From Candidatus Gottesmanbacteria bacterium RIFCSPHIGHO2_01_FULL_40_15 (GTDB lineage: Bacteria; Patescibacteriota; Microgenomatia; 2-02-FULL-39-11): DNA of 64,000 bases. A program made the translations under genes and the position numbers. Below, one piece after another: positions 19,569 to 29,695 of this stretch; positions within the stretch are counted from its first letter, which is position 1; each line of letters starts with the position of its first letter. The notes beneath the pieces were generated by a model, which did not search any database, had not been told where the DNA came from, and worked only from the letters and a program-made list of their open reading frames with translations. The DNA lies in assembly GCA_001779115.1 (NCBI GenBank), contig MFJF01000015.1, positions 86,491 to 150,490 on the forward strand, read 5' to 3'.

Positions 19569-20704
19569 AAATTGCCATTGATGTTTCCCAGGTAGTTTTC
19601 GAGGGAACCGGTGTAGCCAATTACACCAGGGATCTTATTTTTAATCTTCTCGTCAAAGACCGCCGGAATCAATTTATTTTATTTGGATATTCCCTCAGGA
19701 GAAAAAAAATTCTGGATTCATTTTTAAAAAGCATTCCCCGGGAAAACGGCCGGATTAAATGTATATCACTGCCCGTTCCGCCCTCCCTGGCTGACCTCAT
19801 CTGGAACAGGTTTGGCATTTTATCCCTGGAGCATCTGATAGGGCCGGTAGATATTTATCACTCATCTGACTGGATACAGATTCCTTCCCCCGCCAAAAAC
19901 ATTACCACCGTTCATGATCTGGTTGTTTATAAATATCCGGAGACTTCATCTCCTTCAATTATTGCTGTTCAAAAAAGGCGGCTTGCCCGCGTTATCAAGC
20001 ATTGCCGTCTGATACTTTCTGATTCCATGGCTACCAAAAAGGATATTATTGACATTTTACAGGTGAATGAAAACAGAATTTCAGTGGTTTATCCCGGAAT
20101 TTCCCCGATTTTTAAGCCTGTCCCTGAAGAAAAAATTAAAAAGGTTTCAAAAAAATACAATATAAATTATCCTTATATTTTATCAGTGGGAACAAACGAA
20201 CCCAGGAAAAATATAACCAGTTCTGTTGACGCATTTAATATATTTTTAAAAAACCTGCCGCCCCGTGAAACAAAGGAAAAACCGGCTCTTATTATTGTCG
20301 GAAAAAAAGGCTGGAAAAGTAATTTTTCAAGCCATACTCCTGAAATTATTAACCTCGGTTCAGTTGACAGACAAGACTTACCCTCTCTTTACGGCGGAGC
20401 CCGATTTTTAGTTTATCCCTCTCTTTATGAAGGTTTTGGCTTGCCCGTGGTTGAAGCTATGGCCTGCGGTTGTCCGGTCATTACCAGCAATAAAGGTTCG
20501 CTTGCCGAAGTTGCCGGACAGGCGGCATTAATTGTCGATCCTCAAAAGCCTGAGGATTTGGCCATTGCCATGATAAATCTGGAAACGGATAATAGGCTGA
20601 GGAAAAAACTTATCGCCGCAGGCTTAATAAACTGCCGCCGCTTTTCCTGGTCAACGGCGGTCGAAAAAGTTCTTTTAGCCTATAACAGTTTAATAAAAAA
20701 ATAA
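19565..20704 (+). CDS. GT4 family glycosyltransferase (mannosyltransferase-like)
   Basis: TGVANY, TVHDL, EPRKN, YEGFGLPVVEAMACG. Confidence 0.92.
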   Translation: MKIAIDVSQVVFEGTGVANYTRDLIFNLLVKDRRNQFILFGYSLRRKKILDSFLKSIPRENGRIKCISLPVPPSLADLIWNRFGILSLEHLIGPVDIYHSSDWIQIPSPAKNITTVHDLVVYKYPETSSPSIIAVQKRRLARVIKHCRLILSDSMATKKDIIDILQVNENRISVVYPGISPIFKPVPEEKIKKVSKKYNINYPYILSVGTNEPRKNITSSVDAFNIFLKNLPPRETKEKPALIIVGKKGWKSNFSSHTPEIINLGSVDRQDLPSLYGGARFLVYPSLYEGFGLPVVEAMACGCPVITSNKGSLAEVAGQAALIVDPQKPEDLAIAMINLETDNRLRKKLIAAGLINCRRFSWSTAVEKVLLAYNSLIKK

Positions 20705-20716
20705 GGATCGGATAAT

Positions 20717-21862
20717 ATGCTGATCGGAATCGATGCCAATGAAGCCAATTCTATCGACCGGGTCGGTATCGGCCGTTATGCCTTTAATGTTTTGACGGGT
20801 TTGAATAATTTCCGGAAAAAAAGAAAAAAAGACAGCGTTTCTTTCCGGATCTATCTGAAAAACAAAAAATTGCCGGAACTGCCGGAAAGCGGCAGTTTTT
20901 GGCAGTACCGCCAAATAAGACCGGGCTTTCTCTGGACTCAAACCGGTCTGCCGTTATATCTTGGTCTGACACGGGAAAAACCCGATTTATTGTTTTCCCT
21001 TTCCCATTACGCTCCTAAATTTTCTCCTGTTAAATCGGTTATATCAGTCATGGATTTATCCTATATCCGTTATCCCAAGTTATTTAATAAAACGGATCTT
21101 TATAAACTGAAAAGCTGGACTTCCTTTTCAGTCAGCCAGGCAGCCGGAATCGTCACTATCAGCCATTTTTCCAAATCGGAAATTATCGATTATTACCGGG
21201 TTGATTCCTCTAAAATAACCGTTGCCTACCCGGGGTTTGATCAAAAGCAGTTTAATCCGGATATAAATCCTAAAGTAATTGGTCCGCTTAGGACAAAGCT
21301 TAACTTTCGGGGTAAGTATATCCTTTATGTCGGAACTCTCCAGCCGCGTAAAAACATATCCGGTTTAATTGAAGCATTTTCCCGCCTGGAATTGAAAGAT
21401 GTAAAACTTGTTATAGCCGGAAAAAAAGGTTGGGCATATAAAGAAATATTCAATAGGTCCGGCGTCCTTAATATTTCAGATAAAGTTTTATTTACCGGCT
21501 ATGTTACCGATGCACAATTGGCCGGTCTCTACAATAACGCCCTCTGTTTAGTCCTGCCTTCCTATTACGAGGGTTTCGGATTGCCCGTGGTTGAAGCGAT
21601 GGCCAGCGGTTGTCCGGTGATTGCCTCAAACTGCAGCAGTTTGCCGGAAATCGTCTCAGATGCCGGAGTTCTAATAAATCCTGATGATACTAAAAGTATG
21701 GCGGCGGCAATTAATAAAGTAGTAGTAAGCTCCCGTTTGAGAAAATTCCTGATCGGAAAGGGTTTGAAAAGATCAAAAGAGTTCAGTTGGGAAAAATGCG
21801 CCAAAATCGTCTATACTTTCATTACCGGGTTATCCCACAAAAGTAACCGGATTGAAAACTGA
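20717..21862 (+). CDS. GT4 family glycosyltransferase (mannosyltransferase-like)
   Basis: VGIGRY, QPRKN, YEGFGLPVVEAMASG. Confidence 0.92.
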   Translation: MLIGIDANEANSIDRVGIGRYAFNVLTGLNNFRKKRKKDSVSFRIYLKNKKLPELPESGSFWQYRQIRPGFLWTQTGLPLYLGLTREKPDLLFSLSHYAPKFSPVKSVISVMDLSYIRYPKLFNKTDLYKLKSWTSFSVSQAAGIVTISHFSKSEIIDYYRVDSSKITVAYPGFDQKQFNPDINPKVIGPLRTKLNFRGKYILYVGTLQPRKNISGLIEAFSRLELKDVKLVIAGKKGWAYKEIFNRSGVLNISDKVLFTGYVTDAQLAGLYNNALCLVLPSYYEGFGLPVVEAMASGCPVIASNCSSLPEIVSDAGVLINPDDTKSMAAAINKVVVSSRLRKFLIGKGLKRSKEFSWEKCAKIVYTFITGLSHKSNRIEN

Positions 21863-21866
21863 TATT

Positions 21867-22469
21867 ATGGCCGTCTTTTACGATAAGAACAAACAAAGGT
21901 TGTCAACCGGGCAGGCTTTGAACAAAATCCTTAACCGGTTCAATAACATATTTCTTGATTTTGAATTAATGCTTTTAAGAATTACCGGCAATATTCCGAG
22001 CCATACGTTCCGCTTGTTTGTTTACAGGTTGGCCGGTGTAAAAATAGGCAAAGGTTCAGCCGTTCATATGTGGTGTAATTTTTTTTATCCCCCAGGTATC
22101 ACCATCGGAACGGATTCGGTTATCGGAGACCACTGCTTTCTAGACGGCCGCGATACCCTTAATATCGGCAGCCATGTTGATATTGCCTCGGGTGTTTTGA
22201 TTTATAACTCCCAGCACGATATTGAAAGCCCCGATTTTGGTGCTGTTTACGGCCCGGTCGTAATTGGGGACTACGTTTTTATCGGACCCCGAAGCATCAT
22301 CCTTCCGGGGGTAACAATCGGAAAAGGTGCCGTTATCGGCGCCGGAGCAGTTGTTACCCGCGATATGCCTCCTTTTTCAATTGCCGCCGGTGTACCGGCC
22401 CGAGTGATCGGGGAGAGGAAAAATAAAAATCCGGCTTACCGTTTAGGCCGGGCCAGGTTATTTCAATGA
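21867..22469 (+). CDS. Hexapeptide-repeat (left-handed beta-helix) O-acyltransferase
   Basis: IG-x-x-x-x repeats, ILPGVTIGKGAVIGAGAVVT, GVPARVI; ATG 21867 preferred. Confidence 0.9.
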   Translation: MAVFYDKNKQRLSTGQALNKILNRFNNIFLDFELMLLRITGNIPSHTFRLFVYRLAGVKIGKGSAVHMWCNFFYPPGITIGTDSVIGDHCFLDGRDTLNIGSHVDIASGVLIYNSQHDIESPDFGAVYGPVVIGDYVFIGPRSIILPGVTIGKGAVIGAGAVVTRDMPPFSIAAGVPARVIGERKNKNPAYRLGRARLFQ

Positions 22470-22476
22470 CATTCCT

Positions 22477-23388
22477 ATGGTTAAACGATATCTTCTTGAC
22501 GTTATTATTGTCAGTTTCAATACCGCCACCCTGTTACGGCAAGCCCTTCAGTCGGTCCAAACAGAAGTTGTTGAAAATAATATAAAGGAAGGGACCAGAA
22601 TTACAGTTATTGATAACGCTTCAACAGACGGCACTTCCCAGATGGTCAGGAAAAATTTTCCCGGCGTTTCGCTTATTGTCAATAATAAAAATACAGGCTT
22701 TGCCAAAGCTAATAATCAGGCTATCAGAAAAACCTCCGGTAAATATATACTACTTCTTAACAGTGATGCCATAGTCGGGAAAAAGGCAATTAATGCTCTT
22801 ATAAACGAGTTGGAAATAAATAGCAAAGCAGGCGGCTCCGGCCCGCGGCTCGTAAATTTTGACGGAGGTAATCAACCGTCTTTTGGGTTTTTCCCGACAC
22901 CATGGAGGGTCCTTTTTTGGATGCTGTTTATTGATGATATTAAATTCATTTCAGACTTTTTTAAGCCTTATCATGCCCGGCACGATTTTTTTTACCGCCG
23001 GAGGCGGACTGTCGACTGGCTATCCGGTGCCTGCATTTTGGTAAGAAGAGAAGCTTTTGAGAAGGCCGGTCTGTTTGACGAAAGTATATTTATGTACGGT
23101 GAAGAAGTTGAGTTTTTTTATAGAATGAAAAAATCGGGTTTTGAAGCAATTTTTACCCCTAATGCAATAGTCCGCCACAAAAAAGGCGGATCAGGCAGAG
23201 GAACGGAAAGCGGAATTGTTGAAGAATATCTGTTCATAGTCCATTTTTACCGTATATATTTTCCCGGATTAGTAGTTCCTGTCAGGTTTTTGCTGAAGCT
23301 GGGAGCTTTGCTGAGAATGATCCTTTTTGCTATAATCGGGCCTACAAAAAAGGTATCTCTTTATGCCAAAGCTTTTAAGGTGGCTTGA
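22477..23388 (+). CDS. GT2 family glycosyltransferase (WbbL/rhamnosyltransferase-like)
   Basis: IVSFN, DNASTDG, GFAKANN, LLNSD, SGAC, FMYGEE. Confidence 0.88.
   Translation: MVKRYLLDVIIVSFNTATLLRQALQSVQTEVVENNIKEGTRITVIDNASTDGTSQMVRKNFPGVSLIVNNKNTGFAKANNQAIRKTSGKYILLLNSDAIVGKKAINALINELEINSKAGGSGPRLVNFDGGNQPSFGFFPTPWRVLFWMLFIDDIKFISDFFKPYHARHDFFYRRRRTVDWLSGACILVRREAFEKAGLFDESIFMYGEEVEFFYRMKKSGFEAIFTPNAIVRHKKGGSGRGTESGIVEEYLFIVHFYRIYFPGLVVPVRFLLKLGALLRMILFAIIGPTKKVSLYAKAFKVA
23328..23336 (+). promoter_or_regulatory. Internal extended -10 promoter TG-C-TATAAT upstream of the 1030-aa gene
   Basis: Perfect TGnTATAAT inside the 3' end of the upstream GT2, 26 nt before ATG 23363. Confidence 0.45.
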
Positions 23389-26300
23389 TGACCGCCTGTT
23401 GTTTCTTTTCGCCGGTTTTTTATTGGCTTTTATTCCCCTGTATCCCAAATTACCGCTATTGGATGTTCTGCCGGGGTATATTGTCCGAATCAGACTGGAA
23501 GATATTCTTATAGCCGGATGTTTTGTTCTTTGGCTGATTTACCTGTTGCGCCGGAAAATAACCCTTTCCGGTAATCCTCTTTTAAAGCCGATTGCCGGAT
23601 ACCTGGCAGTCGGACTACTTTCAATAATATCGGCAATTTTTGTCATCAGGACAATTCCCCAGGAGTCTCTCCATATACAGAAATCCCTGCTCCACTTTTT
23701 CCGCCGGGTGGAATATTTTTCCCTTTTCTTTATTTTCTTCACTTCCGTAAAAAACATTAAACAGATTAAAACCTATCTGATAATCCTTATTGTTACCGCC
23801 CTTTTGGTCTCGCTTTACGGATTCGGACAGAAATATCTTTATTGGCCGGCATATTCGACCATGAACAGGGAGTTTGCCAAAGGCTGGCAGCTTTACCTCA
23901 CCGAGCACGCCCGGGTTCTGTCCACTTTCGGAGGTCATTACGATTTGGCCGCTTTTGCCATGATGATGCTTATAATTCTCTGGAGTCTTTTTTTCGGTTT
24001 GAAAAACCTGTTTTGGAGATTACTGGTATTGCCTGTATTGGCGGTTGTCTTCTGGACTTTAATTCTGACGGCCTCCCGCACTTCTTTTATCGCCTATTTG
24101 ACAGGACTGATACTGATGTTCTTCTTTTGGAGCTACAAAAAAGGCATTTTTTGGGCAATCTCGCGCTATCTGATTGTAAGCTTTACCTCAATTATAATTA
24201 TGCTGTCATTCGGCGACCTCTCGGAAAGATTTACCAAACTGTTGCGCATTGACCAGAGACTGTTAACCTTTTCACGGATTCTCAAATCCCCAATTGGTAA
24301 ACCTCCGGGGGATAAAGCTCTTTTTCTTGAGAATAATCCGCAGGCGGCTTTATCGGAAATAACTTCTAAAAGTGACGCGCCGCCCAAATTGGCGCGCCCG
24401 TCGGATGTCTTCGAAGACATTCCCCTGGTAGTAGAAAAAAACGGATCGAGATCGGCTGTTAAAAGAACTTATTCCCAAACAGCTTTTATGTATGACCTCT
24501 CAACAGCCATCAGGTTTGACGCTCTCTGGCCGATGGCTATAAAAGGTTTTGCCAAAAATCCGCTTCTCGGGAGCGGCTATGCCACTCTTAATAAATCTAA
24601 TCTGACTGATTTTACCGAAGCCGAATCAACTGATAACGATTTCTTGAGAAGCTTGGGGGAAACGGGAATACTGGGATTTGCTTTCTTTTACGGAACACTC
24701 CTCTTTATAGTATTTTACCTTTGGCGCAGTATCGAAGTGCTTAAAGATCCGCTGATTTTCGCATTTATCGCCGGATTTGCCGGATTGCTGTCAGGACTTC
24801 TGGTAAATGCGGTTTATATCGATGTTTTTGAGTCTTCCAAAGTCGCACTTTCCTTCTGGGCATTAACCGGCATTACTCTGTCGGCGGTAAAAATAGCCAG
24901 GACAGGCAAGGGGAAAGTTTTGGAAAAACCCAGACTGGCTGATCTGGATAAGTTTATTACCGGTGTTAAATCAGCAGTTAAAAAGATAATCACAAGCCAT
25001 TATTTTTACCTTTTTTTAATAATGGTTTTGGCTTTTTCCCTTAGATTGTACCGGATAAAAACACCGTTGGCCGATTGGCATTCCTGGCGCCAGGCCGATA
25101 CGGCCAGTGTCTCCAGAAATTTTATTAAACAAGGAATTAATGTACTTTATCCGACATATGACGATCTTTCCAACGTCGCTTCAGGTTATGATAATCCTAA
25201 AGGCTTAAGATTTGTCGAATTCCCCGTTTACAATGTGGTTCATGTATTTGTTGATCAGTTAATTACCGGGTACGATCTGGTTATCAAAGGCAGATTGACA
25301 TCCGTTATTGCCTCTCTTTTTTCCTGTCTTTTTCTTTTTCTTATTGTCAGAAAATACCATTCCGCCGCCGCTGCTTTTCTTTCTTCCTTCTTTTTCGCCG
25401 TTATACCCTATAATATTTTTTTCAGCCGTGTTATTCTCCCCGAACCTTTACTGGTGGCTACCAGTCTGGCTATGGTTTATTTTTTCGACAAGTGGCTCGA
25501 AAAAAAGTCTTTAAGCCGAATGTTACCCGCGCTTATATTTTCCGCTCTTTCCCTTTTGATAAAACCTTTCGCGGCCTTTCTGTTTTTACCCATGATTTAT
25601 CTCTGGTTTATTCGTTTTAGGTTTAAGGCCGGTTCAGTTGCCGGACTGTTATTGTTTATGGCAGCGGCCAGCCTGCCCCTTTTAATATGGCGGTGGTGGG
25701 CCGGTCATTTTCCCGAAGGAATTCCGGCTAATATGTGGCTCCTTAATGGTGACGGTATCCGTTTTAAGGGAGCCTTCTTTTATTGGCTTTTTGCCGACAG
25801 GTTAGGCAGGCTTATTCTGGGATATTTCGGTTTGCCGCTTTTAGTATTTGGAATTCTGGCGGAAAAAAACAGGGAAGGGCATTTATTTAATATTTGGGGT
25901 CTGTCCATGCTTTTATATATAACGGTCTTTGCCACGGGTAATGTCCGTCATGACTATTATCAGGTTCTCACCATACCGGTAATAACAATTTTTCTTGCTA
26001 AAGGGGTATTATTTTTAATTAGTCAGAATAAAAATTTGTCCGGCCGTCTCAAAGTGTACGCCATTCTAATTGTCCTTTTTATTTTCATGGAAATGTTCGG
26101 TTGGTATTTTATCCGGGATTTTTACAATATTAACCATCCGGAAATAGTGGAAGCCGGCCGGGCGGTAGAACTGAAGACTCCGGGTAACTCGCTTGTAATC
26201 GCTCCCTATAACGGCGATACCGCTTTTCTGTTTCAGACTCAGCGTGCCGGCTGGCCGGTTATGGAAAAATCAGTGGAAGAAATGATCGGTATGGGCGCAC

Positions 26301-26455
26301 ATTTCTATGTTTCGGTTAATTTTGACGGTCTGACTGACCGGCTGTTTCAGGATTCCATCGCCATGGACCCGGTCAAAAGGAAATATAAATTAATTGAAAA
26401 GACCGATAAATTTGTTCTTATTCAGCTGGTTCCCGACAGAAAGCTTCCAAAATAA
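23363..26455 (+). CDS. Fusion of an O-antigen ligase (WaaL/Wzy_C)-like domain and a PMT/ArnT-like GT-C domain
   Basis: N-half has R-x-x-STFGG, TASRT, NPLLGSG, DND-x-LR-x-LGETG. C-half has DWHSWRQADT, EFP, SR-x-x-LPE, IKP, HDYY. Continuous 1030-aa frame. Confidence 0.75.
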   Translation: MPKLLRWLDDRLLFLFAGFLLAFIPLYPKLPLLDVLPGYIVRIRLEDILIAGCFVLWLIYLLRRKITLSGNPLLKPIAGYLAVGLLSIISAIFVIRTIPQESLHIQKSLLHFFRRVEYFSLFFIFFTSVKNIKQIKTYLIILIVTALLVSLYGFGQKYLYWPAYSTMNREFAKGWQLYLTEHARVLSTFGGHYDLAAFAMMMLIILWSLFFGLKNLFWRLLVLPVLAVVFWTLILTASRTSFIAYLTGLILMFFFWSYKKGIFWAISRYLIVSFTSIIIMLSFGDLSERFTKLLRIDQRLLTFSRILKSPIGKPPGDKALFLENNPQAALSEITSKSDAPPKLARPSDVFEDIPLVVEKNGSRSAVKRTYSQTAFMYDLSTAIRFDALWPMAIKGFAKNPLLGSGYATLNKSNLTDFTEAESTDNDFLRSLGETGILGFAFFYGTLLFIVFYLWRSIEVLKDPLIFAFIAGFAGLLSGLLVNAVYIDVFESSKVALSFWALTGITLSAVKIARTGKGKVLEKPRLADLDKFITGVKSAVKKIITSHYFYLFLIMVLAFSLRLYRIKTPLADWHSWRQADTASVSRNFIKQGINVLYPTYDDLSNVASGYDNPKGLRFVEFPVYNVVHVFVDQLITGYDLVIKGRLTSVIASLFSCLFLFLIVRKYHSAAAAFLSSFFFAVIPYNIFFSRVILPEPLLVATSLAMVYFFDKWLEKKSLSRMLPALIFSALSLLIKPFAAFLFLPMIYLWFIRFRFKAGSVAGLLLFMAAASLPLLIWRWWAGHFPEGIPANMWLLNGDGIRFKGAFFYWLFADRLGRLILGYFGLPLLVFGILAEKNREGHLFNIWGLSMLLYITVFATGNVRHDYYQVLTIPVITIFLAKGVLFLISQNKNLSGRLKVYAILIVLFIFMEMFGWYFIRDFYNINHPEIVEAGRAVELKTPGNSLVIAPYNGDTAFLFQTQRAGWPVMEKSVEEMIGMGAHFYVSVNFDGLTDRLFQDSIAMDPVKRKYKLIEKTDKFVLIQLVPDRKLPK

Positions 26456-26459
26456 CTTT

Positions 26460-27656
26460 ATGAGAATTCTCATGCTTACTCCTTATTTGCCTTACCCTTT
26501 ATGGTCCGGCGGACAAATCAGAACTTTTAATTTGTTGAAAAATCTTGCTGAAAAACACCAGATAACCCTTTTTTCCTTTATCAGGCAGGATTCGGAAAAG
26601 CAAAATATTCCCATACTTAAAAAATACTGCGATGAGGTGAAAGTTTTTGTGAAAAGACCTCCCTGGTCAATAACATCTTTGCTATTATCCGGTATTACCT
26701 ATTATCCGCTGGTTGTTTGCATGTATTTGAACAATGAATTGAAAAAAAATATCGCCGAAGCGATTGACAGGAAACATTTCGATCTGATTCATGCTGAAAC
26801 ATTTTACGTCATGCCCAATATTCCCCAATATGATATCCCCATTTTCCTGGCAGAACAGACCATAGAATATCTGGTTTACGATCATCATACTCAAAATGTC
26901 AACTTTATGCCTAAAAAAATGCTGATGGACTGGGATGTTTTTAAAATCCGCTTTTGGGAAAAACGTTTTTGGAAAAAAGCCGAAAAAGTGATTGCCATGT
27001 CGGAAAGCGATAAAACTTTAATGAAGAAAATGTTGCCTGATTTGTCCGTTGATATTGTGCCAAACGGTGTTGATACGCAATTTTTCTCCTTCAATAAAAA
27101 ACATTCACCTCATAAAGTTAAAACAGTTCTTTTTGTCGGAAATTTCAAATGGCTCCAAAACCGGGAGGCTGCCGCATTTCTTCTTGATAAAGTCTGGCCG
27201 GTAATATTTAAAAAACTCGGTGACAATGTCAGATTATGGATTGTTGGAAAGCATCCCCCTCCACAAATAAGAAAAAAAACACCTAAAAATGTAACCGTTT
27301 CCGATGACATTGACGATATAAGATATGCCTATTACCGCTCTGATTTGCTGCTGGCTCCTATCTACGGACCTGGCGGCACCCGTTATAAAATTCTGGAATC
27401 AATGGCGGCCGGTGTTCCTGTCGTCACCACTTCAACCGGAATTGAGGGTCTGTCGGCCGTTAATTTCCGTCATGCCGTAATCAGTGACAGTGCCCGCGGG
27501 TTAGCTGACAGCTCTATTAAAGTATTAACGGACCCAAAGCTCTATAACCGCTTGGCCGAAAACGGCAGACATCTGGTTGAACAGGATTACAGTTGGAAGA
27601 AAATAGCCGGCAAACTGGACTTGATTTATCAAAAAGCGGTTGCAGGTCGGATATGA
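26460..27656 (+). CDS. GT4 family glycosyltransferase
   Basis: PYP-x-x-SGG-x-IR, VPNGVD, GGTRYKILESMAAG; ATG 26460 preferred. Confidence 0.9.
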   Translation: MRILMLTPYLPYPLWSGGQIRTFNLLKNLAEKHQITLFSFIRQDSEKQNIPILKKYCDEVKVFVKRPPWSITSLLLSGITYYPLVVCMYLNNELKKNIAEAIDRKHFDLIHAETFYVMPNIPQYDIPIFLAEQTIEYLVYDHHTQNVNFMPKKMLMDWDVFKIRFWEKRFWKKAEKVIAMSESDKTLMKKMLPDLSVDIVPNGVDTQFFSFNKKHSPHKVKTVLFVGNFKWLQNREAAAFLLDKVWPVIFKKLGDNVRLWIVGKHPPPQIRKKTPKNVTVSDDIDDIRYAYYRSDLLLAPIYGPGGTRYKILESMAAGVPVVTTSTGIEGLSAVNFRHAVISDSARGLADSSIKVLTDPKLYNRLAENGRHLVEQDYSWKKIAGKLDLIYQKAVAGRI

Positions 27657-28585
27657 AAAAAAAAGAGAAATTACTTACCGTGGTTATTGTCAGCTACAAT
27701 TCGGGAAATTATCTTCTGGATTGTCTGGATTCATTAAAAAAATCCCGATTTCCCCGGAAGTTGATGGAGATAATTATTTTTGATAATGCTTCAAACGACA
27801 ATACTGTTTATAACGTCAGGCGGAGATATCCCCAAATAACTCTAATTACAAATACAATAAATTCGGGTTTTGCTTCAGCCAATAATAAGGCTTTGTCATA
27901 CGCTTCGGGGAAATATATTCTTTTTCTCAATCCCGATACGCTGATCCCGCCTGACACTCTGCCTGAAATCGTCAGGTTTATGGAAACAAAAAAAAATGCT
28001 GCCGTTTCTACCTGCCGGGTGGAATTGCCTGATAAAAACCTTGACGATGCCAGTCACCGGGGATTTCCGACACCCTGGAATGCCCTTTGTCATTTCCTGG
28101 GTTTAAGCAGATTATTTCCCGGCAGTTTGATATTTAACGGTTATCATTTGGGTTACCGTAATTTGGATAAAATCCACCGGATTGACAGTTGCGCCGGTGC
28201 CTTCATGCTGGTAAGAAAATCAGCCGGTGACCAAGTACGCTGGTTCGATGAAGATTATTTCTGGTATGGAGAAGACCTGGATTTTTGCTTCCGGATAAAA
28301 AAAGCCGGCCTCAATATTTATTTTTTCCCCCGTGTAAAAGTAATCCATTATAAGGGTATATCAAGCGGAATAAAAAAACATTCGGAAAAGCTGTCAACAG
28401 CCGGTTACGAGACAAAATTGCGATCTACCCGGGCCAGATTTGATGTCATGAGGATTTTTTACCGGAAGCATTACCGGTCGGGGGTATACCGAATACTCAC
28501 TCCGCTTGTTCTGATAGGAATTGCCGTTAAGGAACGATTGACTGTTTTAGGTTTAAAAAATTATCAATATGCGGATAGGATTTGA
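27653..28585 (+). CDS. GT2 family glycosyltransferase (WbbL-like)
   Basis: IVSYN, DNASND, GFASANN, LNPD, GAFM, YGEDLD; ATGA overlap at 27653. Confidence 0.88.
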   Translation: MKKKEKLLTVVIVSYNSGNYLLDCLDSLKKSRFPRKLMEIIIFDNASNDNTVYNVRRRYPQITLITNTINSGFASANNKALSYASGKYILFLNPDTLIPPDTLPEIVRFMETKKNAAVSTCRVELPDKNLDDASHRGFPTPWNALCHFLGLSRLFPGSLIFNGYHLGYRNLDKIHRIDSCAGAFMLVRKSAGDQVRWFDEDYFWYGEDLDFCFRIKKAGLNIYFFPRVKVIHYKGISSGIKKHSEKLSTAGYETKLRSTRARFDVMRIFYRKHYRSGVYRILTPLVLIGIAVKERLTVLGLKNYQYADRI

Positions 28586-29669
28586 CGCCAGGCTTATTAA
28601 TCAGTCAGGAGTAGGCCGTTACATCAGAAATCTTCTTGCCGGACTCCTTAAATTTGATCATGGCAACCGTTATTTTATCTTCACAAGAACAAAAGACTTA
28701 CAAAGAATTAACAAATTGCCGGGTAAAAACTTTGAAAAAATAGCTGTTGATTTAAAATGGCATTCACTTAAGGAGCAAGTATTAATGCCTCGAATTTTAT
28801 CCTCCTACGGATTGGACCTTGTCCATTTTCCTTATTTTAATGTGCCTGTATTTTACCGGGGTAAATTTATCGTTACTATTCATGACCTGATTGTTGATCA
28901 TGTTGAAACCGGCCGGGCTTCTACTTTACCTTACCCGCTTTATAAAATTAAAAGATTATTTTACCGCCGGACGGTAAAATCCGCGGTAAAAAGAGCTTCT
29001 GCCATCATTGCCATCTCCCAAAATACAAAAAATGAAATAGTCAGCCATTATCATGTTGATCCTCAAAAAATTACCGTAACTTACGATGGTCTTGACAGCA
29101 ATATAAAAAGACCGGAAAAGTTTTCCTCACTATACCCTTTTGACTACCTGCTTAATGTCGGCAATGCCTATCCCCATAAAAACCTGGAAACTTTGATAGA
29201 GGTATTTAGGGATAAAGCGATAAGTTCCCGTCTGAAGCTGGTTTTGGTCGGAGACGACCGGTTTTTTTACCCGCGCTTAAAAAGATTGGTTGCCCAAAAA
29301 TCGCTTGAATATTCCGTAATATTTTTTGGGATTGCCGATGACAGGCAGTTGGTGAATCTCTATCATAACGCCCGGGCACTTATTACCCCTTCATACATGG
29401 AGGGCTTTGGCTTGCCTAATCTTGAAGCGGTTTCGCTGGGTTGCCTGCCGGTTATATCCGATATTCCGGTATTTCGGGAAATTTGGGGAGATGATTTGAT
29501 AATGTTCGATCCGCGTGAGGTGAATGACCTGAAAAGAGCAATTTTGGAATTTTTAGCTTTATCAGAGTCAGATAAATTACAAATGCTTAAAAAAGCAGAC
29601 AAAAGAGCAACAAAGTTCTCCTGGCAAAAGACGGTTAAACAGACTCTTCTTCTTTATAACCGGGTTTAA
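28569..29669 (+). CDS. GT4 family glycosyltransferase
   Basis: GVGRY, TIHDL, PHKN, EGFGLPNLEA. Confidence 0.92.
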   Translation: MRIGFDARLINQSGVGRYIRNLLAGLLKFDHGNRYFIFTRTKDLQRINKLPGKNFEKIAVDLKWHSLKEQVLMPRILSSYGLDLVHFPYFNVPVFYRGKFIVTIHDLIVDHVETGRASTLPYPLYKIKRLFYRRTVKSAVKRASAIIAISQNTKNEIVSHYHVDPQKITVTYDGLDSNIKRPEKFSSLYPFDYLLNVGNAYPHKNLETLIEVFRDKAISSRLKLVLVGDDRFFYPRLKRLVAQKSLEYSVIFFGIADDRQLVNLYHNARALITPSYMEGFGLPNLEAVSLGCLPVISDIPVFREIWGDDLIMFDPREVNDLKRAILEFLALSESDKLQMLKKADKRATKFSWQKTVKQTLLLYNRV

Positions 29670-29678
29670 TGTTAAAAT
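29670..29678 (+). promoter_or_regulatory. Extended -10 promoter (TG-T-TAAAAT) for the peptide/kinase-MTase/sulfatase-like module
   Basis: TGTTAAAAT in the 26-bp gap, 17 nt before ATG 29696. Confidence 0.4.
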
Positions 29679-29695
29679 AAAAGTCTTAAACGCAT

